Below are positions 34,169-44,782 of a DNA stretch of 64,000 nt, piece by piece. Source of the DNA: Piedraia hortae CBS 480.64 (lineage: Eukaryota); the NCBI GenBank assembly GCA_010093745.1, contig MU005979.1, positions 124,001-188,000 of the forward strand, given 5' to 3'. Under the pieces are notes generated by a model, which searched no databases, was not told the origin of the DNA, and saw only the letters and a list, made by a program, of their open reading frames with translations. The position numbers and the translations under genes were made by a program. Each line of letters opens with the position of its first letter. The stretch's first letter is position 1.

Positions 34169-36256
34169 ATGCTGACCAGCGTCGGCCGTTCGTTCACGCG
34201 CCAGTGCGCGGGCCGTCAGCTTCAGCGGCGAACTTTCAGCCGCTCCGCCCGCTCGCAGCGGATCATCACACCCAGTGGCCGGCTACGGGCGACAGAGGCA
34301 TCTCCCCATCTCTCGACCAAGTACCCCGTAATCGACCACGAGTACGATGCCATCGTTGTCGGAGCTGGTGGAGCAGGGCTGCGGGCGGCATTCGGTCTGG
34401 CCGAAGCCGGCTTCAACACAGCCTGTATCTCCAAGCTATTCCCGACTCGCAGCCACACGGTTGCTGCGCAGGGCGGTATCAACGCCGCCTTGGGTAACAT
34501 GCACCCTGACGATTGGCGCTGGCACATGTACGATACTGTCAAGGGCTCTGACTGGCTGGGTGATCAGGACGCCATCCACTACATGACGCGCGAAGCTCCC
34601 GCCAGCGTCATCGAGCTCGAAAACTACGGCTGCCCCTTCTCGCGTACCGACGACGGCCGCATTTACCAGCGCGCATTTGGTGGCCAGTCGCGCGACTACG
34701 GCAAGGGCGGCCAGGCCTACCGCTGCTGCGCGGCAGCCGACCGCACCGGCCACGCGTTGCTGCACACACTGTACGGCCAGTCCCTGCGCCACAACACAAA
34801 CTACTTTATCGAGTTTTTCGTCACTGACCTCATCATGGAGGACGGCAAGTGCAAGGGCGTCATCGCCTACAACCAGGAGGACGGCACGCTGCACCGCTTC
34901 CGCGCCCAGAACACGGTTCTCGCTACCGGTGGCTACGGGCGCGCCTACTTCTCTTGCACATCTGCTCATACGTGCACCGGTGACGGCAACGCCATGGTAG
35001 CCCGCGCAGGGCTTGCCAACCAGGACATGGAATTCATCCAGTTTCACCCCACGGGCATCTACGGCGCCGGCTGTCTCATCACCGAGGGCTCCCGCGGCGA
35101 AGGCGGTTACCTCCTCAACTCTGAGGGCGAACGCTTCATGGAGCGGTACGCGCCGACCGCCAAAGATCTGGCCTCGCGCGATGTTGTGTCGCGATCCATG
35201 ACGATGGAAATACGCGACGGCCGCGGAGTTGGCCCGGAGAAGGATCACATCTACCTCCAGCTCTCGCATTTGCCCGCCGAGGTCCTCCATGAGCGGCTGC
35301 CCGGGATCTCGGAGACCGCCTCTATCTTTGCAGGGGTTGATGTCACCCGTAAGTCTTTGTCCTGGTTCTTTCTTCTCATCTGAACTTCCCAACCCGCACT
35401 GCCCCATGCTTAAACCCTTCCCACACTCTGCTAACTGTCTAGGCGAGCCGATCCCCGTAATACCCACTTGTCACTACGCCATGGGTGGCATTCCTACCAG
35501 GTACACGGGCGAAGTTGTCACTATCGATGAACATGGCAAGGACAAAGTCGTCCCCGGCCTCTTTGCTTGCGGCGAAGCTGCGTGCGTCTCGGTCCATGGG
35601 GCCAATAGGCTTGGGGCCAACTCGCTTCTCGACCTGATCGTTTTTGGTCGCGCTGTTGGCCACACCATCCAAGAGAAGTGTACGCCGGGCCAGAAACTCG
35701 ATCCCATCGCGGCCGACGCGGGCGCCGAATCGATTGCCACCATCGACCGCGTACGCACGTCCAACGGCCCGAAGTCTCCGCACGAACTCCGGTTAGCCAT
35801 GCAGAAGACAATGCAGAGGGACGTTGCGGTCTTCCGCACCCAAGAGTCCCTGGATGACGGGGTGAAGAAGTAAGCTCTTTCCTTGGACAGATCTCACCTT
35901 TCTGTAGCAGGCTAACATTTACCAGAATTCACGAGGTCGATTCCCAGTTCGACCAAGTGGGCATCAAAGACCGGAGTATGATCTGGAACAGTGATCTGGT
36001 CGAGACCCTCGAATTGCGCAACCTGTTGACCTGTGCCGTTCAAACGGCGGAATCGGCCTCGGCGCGAAAGGAGTCCCGGGGTGCCCATGCTCGCGAAGAC
36101 TTTCCCGAGCGCGACGACAAAAACTGGATGAAACACTCCTTGTCGTGGCAGCGCGAGCCCCATGGCAAGGCCGAACTTGCCTATCGGCCTGTCATAATGA
36201 CCACTCTAGACGAGAATGAGTGTAAGACTGTGCCGCCTTTTAAGCGGCAGTATTAG
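34169..36256 (+). CDS. SDH1: Succinate dehydrogenase flavoprotein subunit; introns 35349-35442 and 35870-35925
   Basis: Mitochondrial presequence, [21 protein letters not shown] (FAD-His), [21 protein letters not shown] and [13 protein letters not shown]. Confidence 0.98.
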
Positions 36257-36879
36257 TGTAAGGATTGGTATAAATTCTGCAGCTATCGTGAACCCTCGCA
36301 AATCGCCTTTGTTTTTTCAGTGCTGAGATTATCACGCCAAGACCTATGCCAAGGTTTGCCTTACGATAATTTGTCATAAGGCCATTATTCATGAACAATC
36401 TTTTCAGAGATAACCCATCATTCGGTGGTAATTGTTTGGCCATAGCACTGCATTACGGTTTTCCGTTGAGGCCTGTTGAAAAAGTGATTCTCGCAACAGC
36501 TAACTAGAAAGGGTACCATCAGAGCAGTTGTGCGATCAGCACACATTAACCACTGGTATGATCTTGTTGCGACGGACTGATACAGCAAGTCTTACGTGTT
36601 ATTGGAAGGCAAGTATGCTGTTGAACGCCAAATTCCATGAATGCATATCTGATAGGCTTTTCCCCCAGTGTCAAAGTCCGAAGCATCCCTCTCTACCCTG
36701 GCCTCCTTCTGGTTAAGCTTCACTTGGAAAGTAGCACACCGCTCTCACTTTCACGGACGTTTCTTAGCATGATTTCTTGAGACAAAAGGCAATGGCAGTC
36801 CGTGAATCCTTTGTTCCATCTTCAATAGTTTAATAACGTCCAGCAATCCACTTTGTTGAGTGTGCAATTTGAGATGATC

Positions 36880-37649
36880 TACTGTAACCTCACTGCGAGT
36901 CTGCATAGAAGTCTTCCCGACTGCGTACACACTTTTCGATCACCACTTCACACTGTAATAACATCACACACAACCATGGTACGTAGCTATGGGTCGACTT
37001 TTCCGAAAGTGCATGTTCTAAGGATCCGTATGGTTTAGGTTTTGTACGTTCATGTTCCCTTCAGCGATCGGTATACTGCGATTCATGTCAAGTGGCACCA
37101 TTGCAGAAATGACGCCAGTACAGCACCAGCTAACATCTTTTACATACTTTGCACCCATGATTGCACTATTTAAGGTCTTGCGTTTCTAGTGCACTTTGTT
37201 TCAAGCATGCGCGAGGTCGGGTCGCTGTGTCTTAACCGTTAAAAGTTGGCTGGTCGAATTCGCGACGTCGCTTTCAGCTTTGATTCGACTTAACACAACG
37301 TATAATTGTCACAAACACTCGTTAGCGGTCTCATACGATAATGTCCTGTTTTGCTTGTTATCTAGTCGGTTTTTTTTTCTCGACCCTTAATGGCCCTAGA
37401 CACCTGCAAGATTTCGAGCCATGGCCCTTTGAATACCAACATGAAAAGTAGTGGAATGTAGATATAAAAGGTATGGACTTTCGTCTAAATCAATCATCAA
37501 GTGTTTGAGATGTTCAGGTGTTGCGCTACATCACTCGAAAGTCGGACTTTCGCTTGGGGGAGCGCGGGACGGACCTCCCCGCCCCCCTTCCCCCCCCTCC
37601 CCCCCAACGACACGCCAACTCGACGTTCAACCGCTTGTGCGCTACATGG
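36880..37649 (+). repeat. Left arm of long imperfect inverted repeat
   Basis: Reverse complement aligns block by block with 39197-39990, e.g. CTTAGAACATGCACTTT/CTTAGAGCATGCATTTT, TGGTTGTGTGTGATGTTATT/TGGTTGTGTGTGGTGCTATT and the identical CCATGTAGCGCACAAGCGG. Outer boundary is approximate. Confidence 0.85.
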
Positions 37650-37677
37650 TTAGGAATACATCAATACTGATACAAAT

Positions 37678-38852
37678 CTAGTTGTTCTTACCAATCGCCT
37701 GCCTCGTGGACCTCCTGGGTTGCCTCTCCTCAACGTAGTCGTCGTCGTCGTCGTCGTCATCGTCCTTGCGATGGGCGGCGGCTTTCCTCGCCGCGACTTC
37801 GGCCTCCTTCCGTGCCTTTGCTGCCATACGGGCGTCTTTAGCGGCTTGTCGCTCCTGTCGCTTCCGTAATGTCTCCGCAGCCTTCAACTCCCTGGCCTCC
37901 GCCCTTTCACGCGCCCTCTGCGCTTTCTCTTGTTCCTCCCGCTCCTTCGCACCTGCCTGCAGCTGCTCCAACTCCCGAACCTTTTGAAGGACCCCAGTAT
38001 CAACAAACAGCGCCTTTCCATACCCTTCCATACCTCTAACCTACTCCATTAATCTGGACTTGCGCTTCCTCTTCCTCCGCTCCAGTGCCAAAGATTTCTC
38101 AAGATTGGAGCATCTATGCTCCGCCAGCGTCAATCTTGCGACTGTGTTCAGAGCACTTTGGCTCGGTTCCTGTAGCACCTTCCGAGTTTCTGGATTTGGC
38201 CGTCGGGAAACCATTCCCACTTTTAAGCGTAGTTGTCTTGTGGATGTGCCTGGCTCTGCGCTGCTCTGGACCGCCACAGGTCGGGCAGCAGGCAGCTTGC
38301 CTAGTACCACTTCTGGATGGAAGGGGAAGTTCCCCGTTTCCTCCATGTCGACATGTCATTCTCCTTGGTGAAGGCCTTCCCAAAAAGCAGGCCAAAAGAT
38401 ACCAAAGAAACTCCTCTTCGTCATCATTGTTTGCCCCAGCGACATATTTGTGAAGCTATTCTACCTCTGGCTGTAGTAGTTCTCCAGAGGGGAGAACAAA
38501 CCCACATTCAGGGGCAGACGGTGTGTTGCGTGGGAGGGGGGGGAATAAAAAGCCACCAGAGTCTTGTGGGCGGTGCAATACTGGAGAAACTTGTGATTGG
38601 TGCTTGCCTCCCTCGCCAGCCACGGGTCGCACCTTAAACACACATAAAGCTGATGTACTTGACCAGCTTCTCCTCTTGCTCCCGTGATAGGCTCCTGCGC
38701 GCTTCCAACGCGGTGTCTCGACCAACCGTGAGGCCCTGGAACCGTTTGTACAAGGTTGTACGATTGACTAGATGCTCTTTGGCGGTAGCCGCGACATTTG
38801 GCTTGATGCCATTCTCGGTCAGAGCATACAGTTCACTAAGGGCAGCGTCCAT
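37678..38852 (-). mobile_element. Fot1/pogo-family (Tc1-mariner, DDE_1) transposase, internally deleted pseudogene
   Basis: HTH_psq/CENP-B region PNVAATAKEHLVNRTTLYKRFQG...LSREQEEKLVKYI. DDE_1 remnant NHKFLQYCTAHK...PPSHATHRLPLNVGLFSPLENYYS (consensus QPLDVG). Charged coiled-coil C-terminus; frameshifts and stops present. Confidence 0.9.
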
Positions 38853-39196
38853 GATGATAAGAGATGGGAAGCGGTATCAAAGAAATATAGAGTGGGAAAA
38901 GAAGAACAGACCGTCTGTACGGACCATGGACCGGCGGAAATGGCTTTATATGAACATCTACATTCATCTACGCATCCTGGCAATCTTATTCTCTGTTACA
39001 GATGTAGTTGTTTTTATGACAGACCCAGAGTAGACAATTTATCCCGTCCCCATGTTATGGTCGCCCTGGGCGCATCTTATGCTAGGGTATTAGGAGTTGC
39101 CATTCTACCAACTGCCTTCCGAAGGATGCTAGAGGCGCAGAAGTGACAAGATTGACGAATTTGAACTGCCTACAGTGTCGGAGAGACGACACTCGT

Positions 39197-39990
39197 CCAT
39201 GTAGCGCACAAGCGGTTTGACGTCGCGTTGGCATGGGTGTCGTTGGACGTGAGGGGCGAAAGCCGCCTCGAAATCGCTCAAACTCCCCGACTTCCGAGCG
39301 ATGTAGCGCGACACCTGGACGTCTCCAACACTAGTTGATTGATTGAGGCAGAAAACCATACCTTGAAGATCATACCCCACCGATTTTTATGTGGATTTTC
39401 GTAAGCTTATAGCCCAATTTTCCGCGAGTTTCGCGGACCATTTCGCGCATGATCAAACCTCGCAAAATAGCACAATAAGATGCGGATTCAATCTTTGCGG
39501 TGCATATCATTGGAATCTATGCATTGCTAGTGTTCATATGCATGTACTTATGATTGTTTGCGATAATTATGCGATCAGTTGTGTCGATTCAAAGTTGTCG
39601 TGTCGATATCGTGACGGCTTCATCTACTTTGAGTCGATGACCCACCGCGCCCAGACGTCGCGTGCGCCTCAAACAAGGTGAACAAGAAAGCCAGTATCTT
39701 CAAGAGTGTAACGGTTGGTGCCTCATAAGCCTTGGCCCAGAGATGGTGGCGTACGGGCGTCATGTGTGCGAGACCGCACTTTGGTATAAATCGCAACATT
39801 CTTGCTTCCGATGGAATCGCTAACCATGGAAAAACGGTACTATATGAAATCTTAGAGCATGCATTTTTGAAAGATATAGTGTATAGCTATGTAGAGTGGT
39901 TGTGTGTGGTGCTATTCATATTTGAGGTGGTGAACAAAGGTGTGCACGCAGTGGGGAAAACTACGCAAAACCTAAAGGTGTGGGAACAAC
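39197..39990 (-). repeat. Right arm of long imperfect inverted repeat
   Basis: Inverted partner of 36880-37649; indels between 39400 and 39550. Confidence 0.85.
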
Positions 39991-40259
39991 TGCGGTGTAG
40001 CAGAAAAATTCACAAATGCAAGCCCGACGTTGATCCTCAGCAGAATATGTGTTGAGCATTGGCAAAAAGTCTTTGAACTTGCATACAAAGTGTTTTCCTG
40101 CCAAATAGTCTCCAATATCTGGTATATATTTTATCTGTCTCATACGCGCTGCATGTTGATGGACTTTCCATTTATTTAACATTCGCGCATTGCATGTGAG
40201 CTCACGCCATGGTAAGAGTATACATGGATCATGGAGTGCAGAATTCAGGGCAAAGATGG

Positions 40260-40572
40260 GCATGAAATTATGTACAGTTACATTGAGTTTGATGACTGCC
40301 TCGCAGCTCTCGTTGTCATTGCAGGGTCGGTTGCAAGACGTTGTTCCGTCAATCACTCTTGCCACCGACTGACAGTTCGAGAGCCTTGGATTGTGGTATT
40401 CACCATTGCAACCTCTGTCATTGCAAGTAAGACATTGACGTCCCTCAGCACCAGCGAGCAATGCCATTCTCCTGATCCATACTCACAATGAAGGCCCATT
40501 GAGAGGCATGGTATTGTTCTCCCCAATGATCAGAGCCACCATCCACAATATGATTGTTTCAAGCAGCGTCAT
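40260..40572 (-). pseudogene. Possible disrupted small secreted cysteine-rich protein
   Basis: One frame reads MTLLETIILWMVALIIGENNTMPLNGPSL*VWIRRMALLAGAEG-RQCLTCNDRGCNGEYHNPRLSNCQSVARVIDGTTSCNRPCNDNESCEAV: a signal-like leader with a TGA, then 7 Cys. Confidence 0.35.
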
Positions 40573-40771
40573 TGTTTTCAACCAAACCATTTTCCTCTCC
40601 AATGAACATGGCCATGCACATGATCATTGTTCCAACTGGATTCATTGTTTTGATCAAGATTAAAGTTTCAACCCCAACAATCCATTATTCAACCAATCCA
40701 TTCAATCATACCATCCACCTCCAGAGATAAAATGTCCGAATCTTTCCTTCCAACGACCAGAAAAATTCAAC

Positions 40772-41716
40772 ATGACCAATTCTAACATCAAAATCCAAAA
40801 GCAAATCCAATCCCAGTACGAGGACAAATCCAGTGAGTACGACATCATCAAAACCTTCCAAACCATGACTGACAGGTCAGTCCACCTGGCCCTCCACACA
40901 CCCACATTAACAATGGTCGTTGTCAAAAACATATACCGTTTCAAAACAACCACCACCCCAATTGAAGTAAGACTCCTCACCCGTGAACTAAAAAACAGAC
41001 CCAACATAACGTTATGCCTCGACTCCTGGCGAGCGGGCACCATGTCCTGGGCTATCGCGATTTCATACTACCGTGACGGGGATCTACACGCGTACCTCAC
41101 CTCCCGCATCGCAAATAGCGGGACGCAGCCTCCAGAGCCCTTGTCCAAAAAACTCGCCATCGATATGGCCACTGCCCTTGGATTCATGCACCTCGGGATC
41201 GCGGACATCTCCCAAAAACCCGTCCTCGTGAAGGGTCACATCCCGATCCTACATAGGGATTTGAAACCGGAAAACGTCTTCGTGCGGATCGAGGACAGTG
41301 TTCCAAAGTTCGTGCTCGCCGATTTTGGACTCGCGAACTTCCTGCCCGAGGCGGTCGGAGTGACGGGCACGCCCGGGTATATAGCACCGGAGTGCCAGAA
41401 GGTTTCGGATGAGTTGGATGAGGAGGTTGCGGAGAGGGTTAGAGTTCATACGGCGAAGTCGGATGTGTACTCATTTGGTGCGATTCTTTGGTCCGCGGTG
41501 ACGGGGTTGCCGTTTGATAATCTCGAGACGAGGTATAGTTTGAAAAGGATGGGAAAGCATCTGAAGAAGATTGGGGTGGAGGCTACGGGGGGGACGGTTG
41601 GGGCGTTGGTTTTGGGATGTTTGGAGAAGGAACCTGCGGAGAGGTTGGGGACGGAACAGTTGGTGGGGTTTGCGAGGAGGTTCAAGGGTGAGCTTGGGCC
41701 GGGGGTGGTGTATTGA
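40772..41716 (+). CDS. Divergent Ser/Thr protein kinase, intronless
   Basis: VVVK, ILHRDLKPENVF, LADFGLA, GTPGYIAPE and KSDVYSFG present; no GxGxxG loop. Confidence 0.88.
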   Translation: MTNSNIKIQKQIQSQYEDKSSEYDIIKTFQTMTDRSVHLALHTPTLTMVVVKNIYRFKTTTTPIEVRLLTRELKNRPNITLCLDSWRAGTMSWAIAISYYRDGDLHAYLTSRIANSGTQPPEPLSKKLAIDMATALGFMHLGIADISQKPVLVKGHIPILHRDLKPENVFVRIEDSVPKFVLADFGLANFLPEAVGVTGTPGYIAPECQKVSDELDEEVAERVRVHTAKSDVYSFGAILWSAVTGLPFDNLETRYSLKRMGKHLKKIGVEATGGTVGALVLGCLEKEPAERLGTEQLVGFARRFKGELGPGVVY

Positions 41717-41855
41717 TATAGTTTTGAAGTCTTTTTTTGGTTTGCATAATCTGTACTGTGCCTACATGACCTTTTCCTCAGTGATGGAAGTATGGTCCTA
41801 TCAAGGAATGGTATTTGACTTCTTTATGTTCGTGAGAAATAGATTATGTGGATGG

Positions 41856-42614
41856 CTACTTTCTCAACTCTCTGATCGACCCCACGAGATTAACGCTGCC
41901 TGAATGCCCCCCAAACCCCCACTCGACTTCCTTGACCTTGAACTCTATCGGGACCTTTATCTTTTCACCGTCCTCGTCAACCCACTCCTCACCCGTGTAC
42001 TTCCACCCCTCGGGCAATTCGCTCTTCTCCACCGCCGCATTAAAGTAGTTGAAACAGACCAACCCGAGGAAACTTTCGTTTTGCAGAGCAGGAGCACCAG
42101 AAAGTACACAGCCCACAAAGGGGCGAAAGACGAGAAAGGTTGCTGTTAACCAGGCGTAAGAAGTGCAGTACTCGCTTGATTTTGTCAGGATGGGATCTGT
42201 ATGTCGGACGATCTCCGTCTGTTCGACATCGTTGATATTCTGTCCCGCTACCTCATCGAGCTGCTCGCTGATGCTAACGTTGGAGAAGGAGAGCACAACA
42301 CCCTGCAGAGGGGGGTAGTAGGTGAGCAAGAGGGGAGCGATGTGTTCTGCAATGAGGCCTTGAACGGGGAAGGCATACGCGCAAGGCGAGAGACCGAGGT
42401 AAAGGGATACGGTGCAGAGCTTAAAGGGCGACCGTTTGAGTTTCTTTCTGGATTCTTTGTGCGATTTGGCGGGGAGGTTGGTCTTGGCGCGATCTGGTGG
42501 GGGCTCTGAGTCCGTGTCGACTGTCGCAGCTGTGCGCCTTTTTTTGGATTTTTCCTTTCCGCTGTCCTTCTCCTTGCGCTTCCTCTTCTTCTCCTTGCCC
42601 GGCTCGTGCGACAT
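41856..42614 (-). CDS. RPA43: RNA polymerase I subunit A43
   Basis: SPF...VSLYLGLSP...EHIAPLLLTYYPPLQGVVLSFSNV, AWLTATFLVFRP and QNESFLGLVCFNYFNAAV. Confidence 0.9.
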   Translation of the reverse strand: MSHEPGKEKKRKRKEKDSGKEKSKKRRTAATVDTDSEPPPDRAKTNLPAKSHKESRKKLKRSPFKLCTVSLYLGLSPCAYAFPVQGLIAEHIAPLLLTYYPPLQGVVLSFSNVSISEQLDEVAGQNINDVEQTEIVRHTDPILTKSSEYCTSYAWLTATFLVFRPFVGCVLSGAPALQNESFLGLVCFNYFNAAVEKSELPEGWKYTGEEWVDEDGEKIKVPIEFKVKEVEWGFGGHSGSVNLVGSIRELRK

Positions 42615-42733
42615 ATTGCGTGTGGTGGAGTGAAGTCGCGGTTAAGGTTTGGGGTTTGCTGACATAAGCGGCTAGTCCCCGCACCATGCACTCCAGTTGG
42701 TCGACCAGATGCACACTTGTATCAACTTTGCTG

Positions 42734-43717
42734 ATGGAGGCCTTTGTTCCGCGGCTCGCATTTCCAGTATTAGAGTCATTGCCACGGTCCTACTACCTCG
42801 GCCATCATGCGGCGGGCCTGGCAAAGATGCGATCTCTCTTAGGCAGTATCAACCTGGTCATAGAATGTCGAGATTCTCGTGTGCCGTTAACGAGCCACAA
42901 CCCTCTATTTGAGCAGAGCCTTGGAGAACGCGAGCATATCATAGTCTACACCAAAAAGGATCTTTGCCCAGTCATCTCACCACAACTCCCCCTCCTACGT
43001 CGCTTCCATTTTCCCTCTGAACTCCTATGTTGTGACCACCGCAGCCCAGGCGACGTTCGCCGGGTCATGTCCCACATCAAGAGGGAGCGAACTGGGGATT
43101 TGGCGGGACTGAGGGTCATGGTCGTCGGCATGCCAAATGTGGGAAAGTCATCTTTGCTCAACGCTTTGAGAGCCCAAGGAATGGGGCGGGGCAAGGCTGC
43201 ACGGACTGGTGCGCAGCCGGGCATCACGAGGAAGATTGGGACGGGCGTCAAGATCCTGGACAGTAAAGACCGAAGTGAGACGGTCTACCTAATAGATACG
43301 CCCGGTGTCTTTATGCCCTATGTCCCCAACATGGAAGCCATGCTCAGATTAGCCCTTTGTGGATGCGTCAAGGATGCCGTCATTCAGCCTTTAACTCTGG
43401 CCGACTATCTACTTTTTCACATGAACAAGCATGATCCAAAGCTTTATGGGGATTATGCATCGCCGACAAATGACGTTGCGATGCTGTTGGATGGCGTGGC
43501 GAGGAGAGCGTTTCCACTTAAGAAAGGCGGCGAGCCGGACCTGAATGGAGCCGCCATGTGGATAATTCAGCGTTGGAGAAACGGTCTCCTCGGCTCATTC
43601 GGTCTCGATGAAGTCAGCGACGCTTCATGGCAGGCGTTGGTTGAATCGAGAGAAGCACAGAGCTTTTCCAAGTCGCGCAGGGAATGGATGAAGCGACGCA
43701 GACAGGGAGAGACGTAA
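42734..43717 (+). CDS. MTG1: Mitochondrial ribosome-assembly GTPase (YlqF/RbgA family)
   Basis: SYYLGHHAAGL, IECRDSRVPLTSHNP, TKKD (G4), GMPNVGKS (G1), PGITR (G2) and DTPG (G3), in circularly permuted order. Confidence 0.93.
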   Translation: MEAFVPRLAFPVLESLPRSYYLGHHAAGLAKMRSLLGSINLVIECRDSRVPLTSHNPLFEQSLGEREHIIVYTKKDLCPVISPQLPLLRRFHFPSELLCCDHRSPGDVRRVMSHIKRERTGDLAGLRVMVVGMPNVGKSSLLNALRAQGMGRGKAARTGAQPGITRKIGTGVKILDSKDRSETVYLIDTPGVFMPYVPNMEAMLRLALCGCVKDAVIQPLTLADYLLFHMNKHDPKLYGDYASPTNDVAMLLDGVARRAFPLKKGGEPDLNGAAMWIIQRWRNGLLGSFGLDEVSDASWQALVESREAQSFSKSRREWMKRRRQGET

Positions 43718-44782
43718 TTTTCATCTGCCATGTGATGATGAACGGCCTCGATTGATCAGAGTTTGCCTTTACCATGGTGGCAATAACAGAGATACCGACC
43801 TGAAACTGACAGCGATTGATCTTACCGCTCTCACGAAGGCTGTATCGTTCTCGACCTGGCTGGGTTGTTGTTTGAAACACACAGTGATCTACATGGCGTC
43901 CGGCCCGAAGACTCACAACTTACTAAACCTCCCATGAGCGCAAAGATCTCGCGGATCCGGAACCCGGCTGATCGGAGCCCTGGGACGATCAATCATCAGC
44001 AGGGGATCTTTGCCCCATGACATATTGGATAAACTGTTGCGCTTTCCAGGTAACTCTTCAGCCGAACTACTTGGGGCCAAGATTCGTTTTATCATGTTTG
44101 AGTGGGATGAACCCATGACAGCACTTTGCACACTCAGCGTACTCGGCAAATTCGTACACGCTACTAAGCAGAGCTCCTCAAGATAATTCTCATGAACAAC
44201 AGACGATGTTCATGAGGCCTGGATCAAGAGCGAGTACACCGCCTAGTGAAGCAGTTGTAGCTTCGTCCATGTGAGACGTCGCGGGGTCGATCCGAAGTTC
44301 ATCCGGCTGATCCCATCCACACGTCACTCCATGACCCCAGAGCCATCGTTCTACAAATTACACCCACTCATTTCCTTCTGACACAGGCTCATTGATTACA
44401 ATGGCAAAATATTCACATGGCGTACCGCTCCCTTGGGTTGAACTCGCGGATCTCACGGGTCGAAGGACAAGATGCTTGGCAATGATTCATTAAACATCAC
44501 TTGTCTGTTGCAAGCCTTGTCGATCGTCGACCCCGTGGATGATGTGTCCAGAACATCAATTGTCTTGACAGACCAGGATGGCCTCAACGAAAATTGTTTC
44601 GTCAGGTAAGGACACGGTTTCATCGTTGAACCTCTCCAGTATATAACAACACCGCTTTCTCGTCTTATTTTCCATCATCTTCCTTGCATTCACAGTCCTT
44701 CAGTCCTCTATTCGGTCTTTCTTTCTGTATCACCACCTTCATTTTTTAAGTCTTTATTCTTCCGAAGAACCAAGCCAGCAAA

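Noticed and set aside
34436..35467. 343-aa minus-strand ORF
   Set aside because: Antisense shadow of the codon-biased SDH1.
44127..44133. TGCACAC metal-response-element match upstream of the Cys-rich gene
   Set aside because: A single degenerate 7-mer is expected by chance, and this motif is defined for animal MTF-1.
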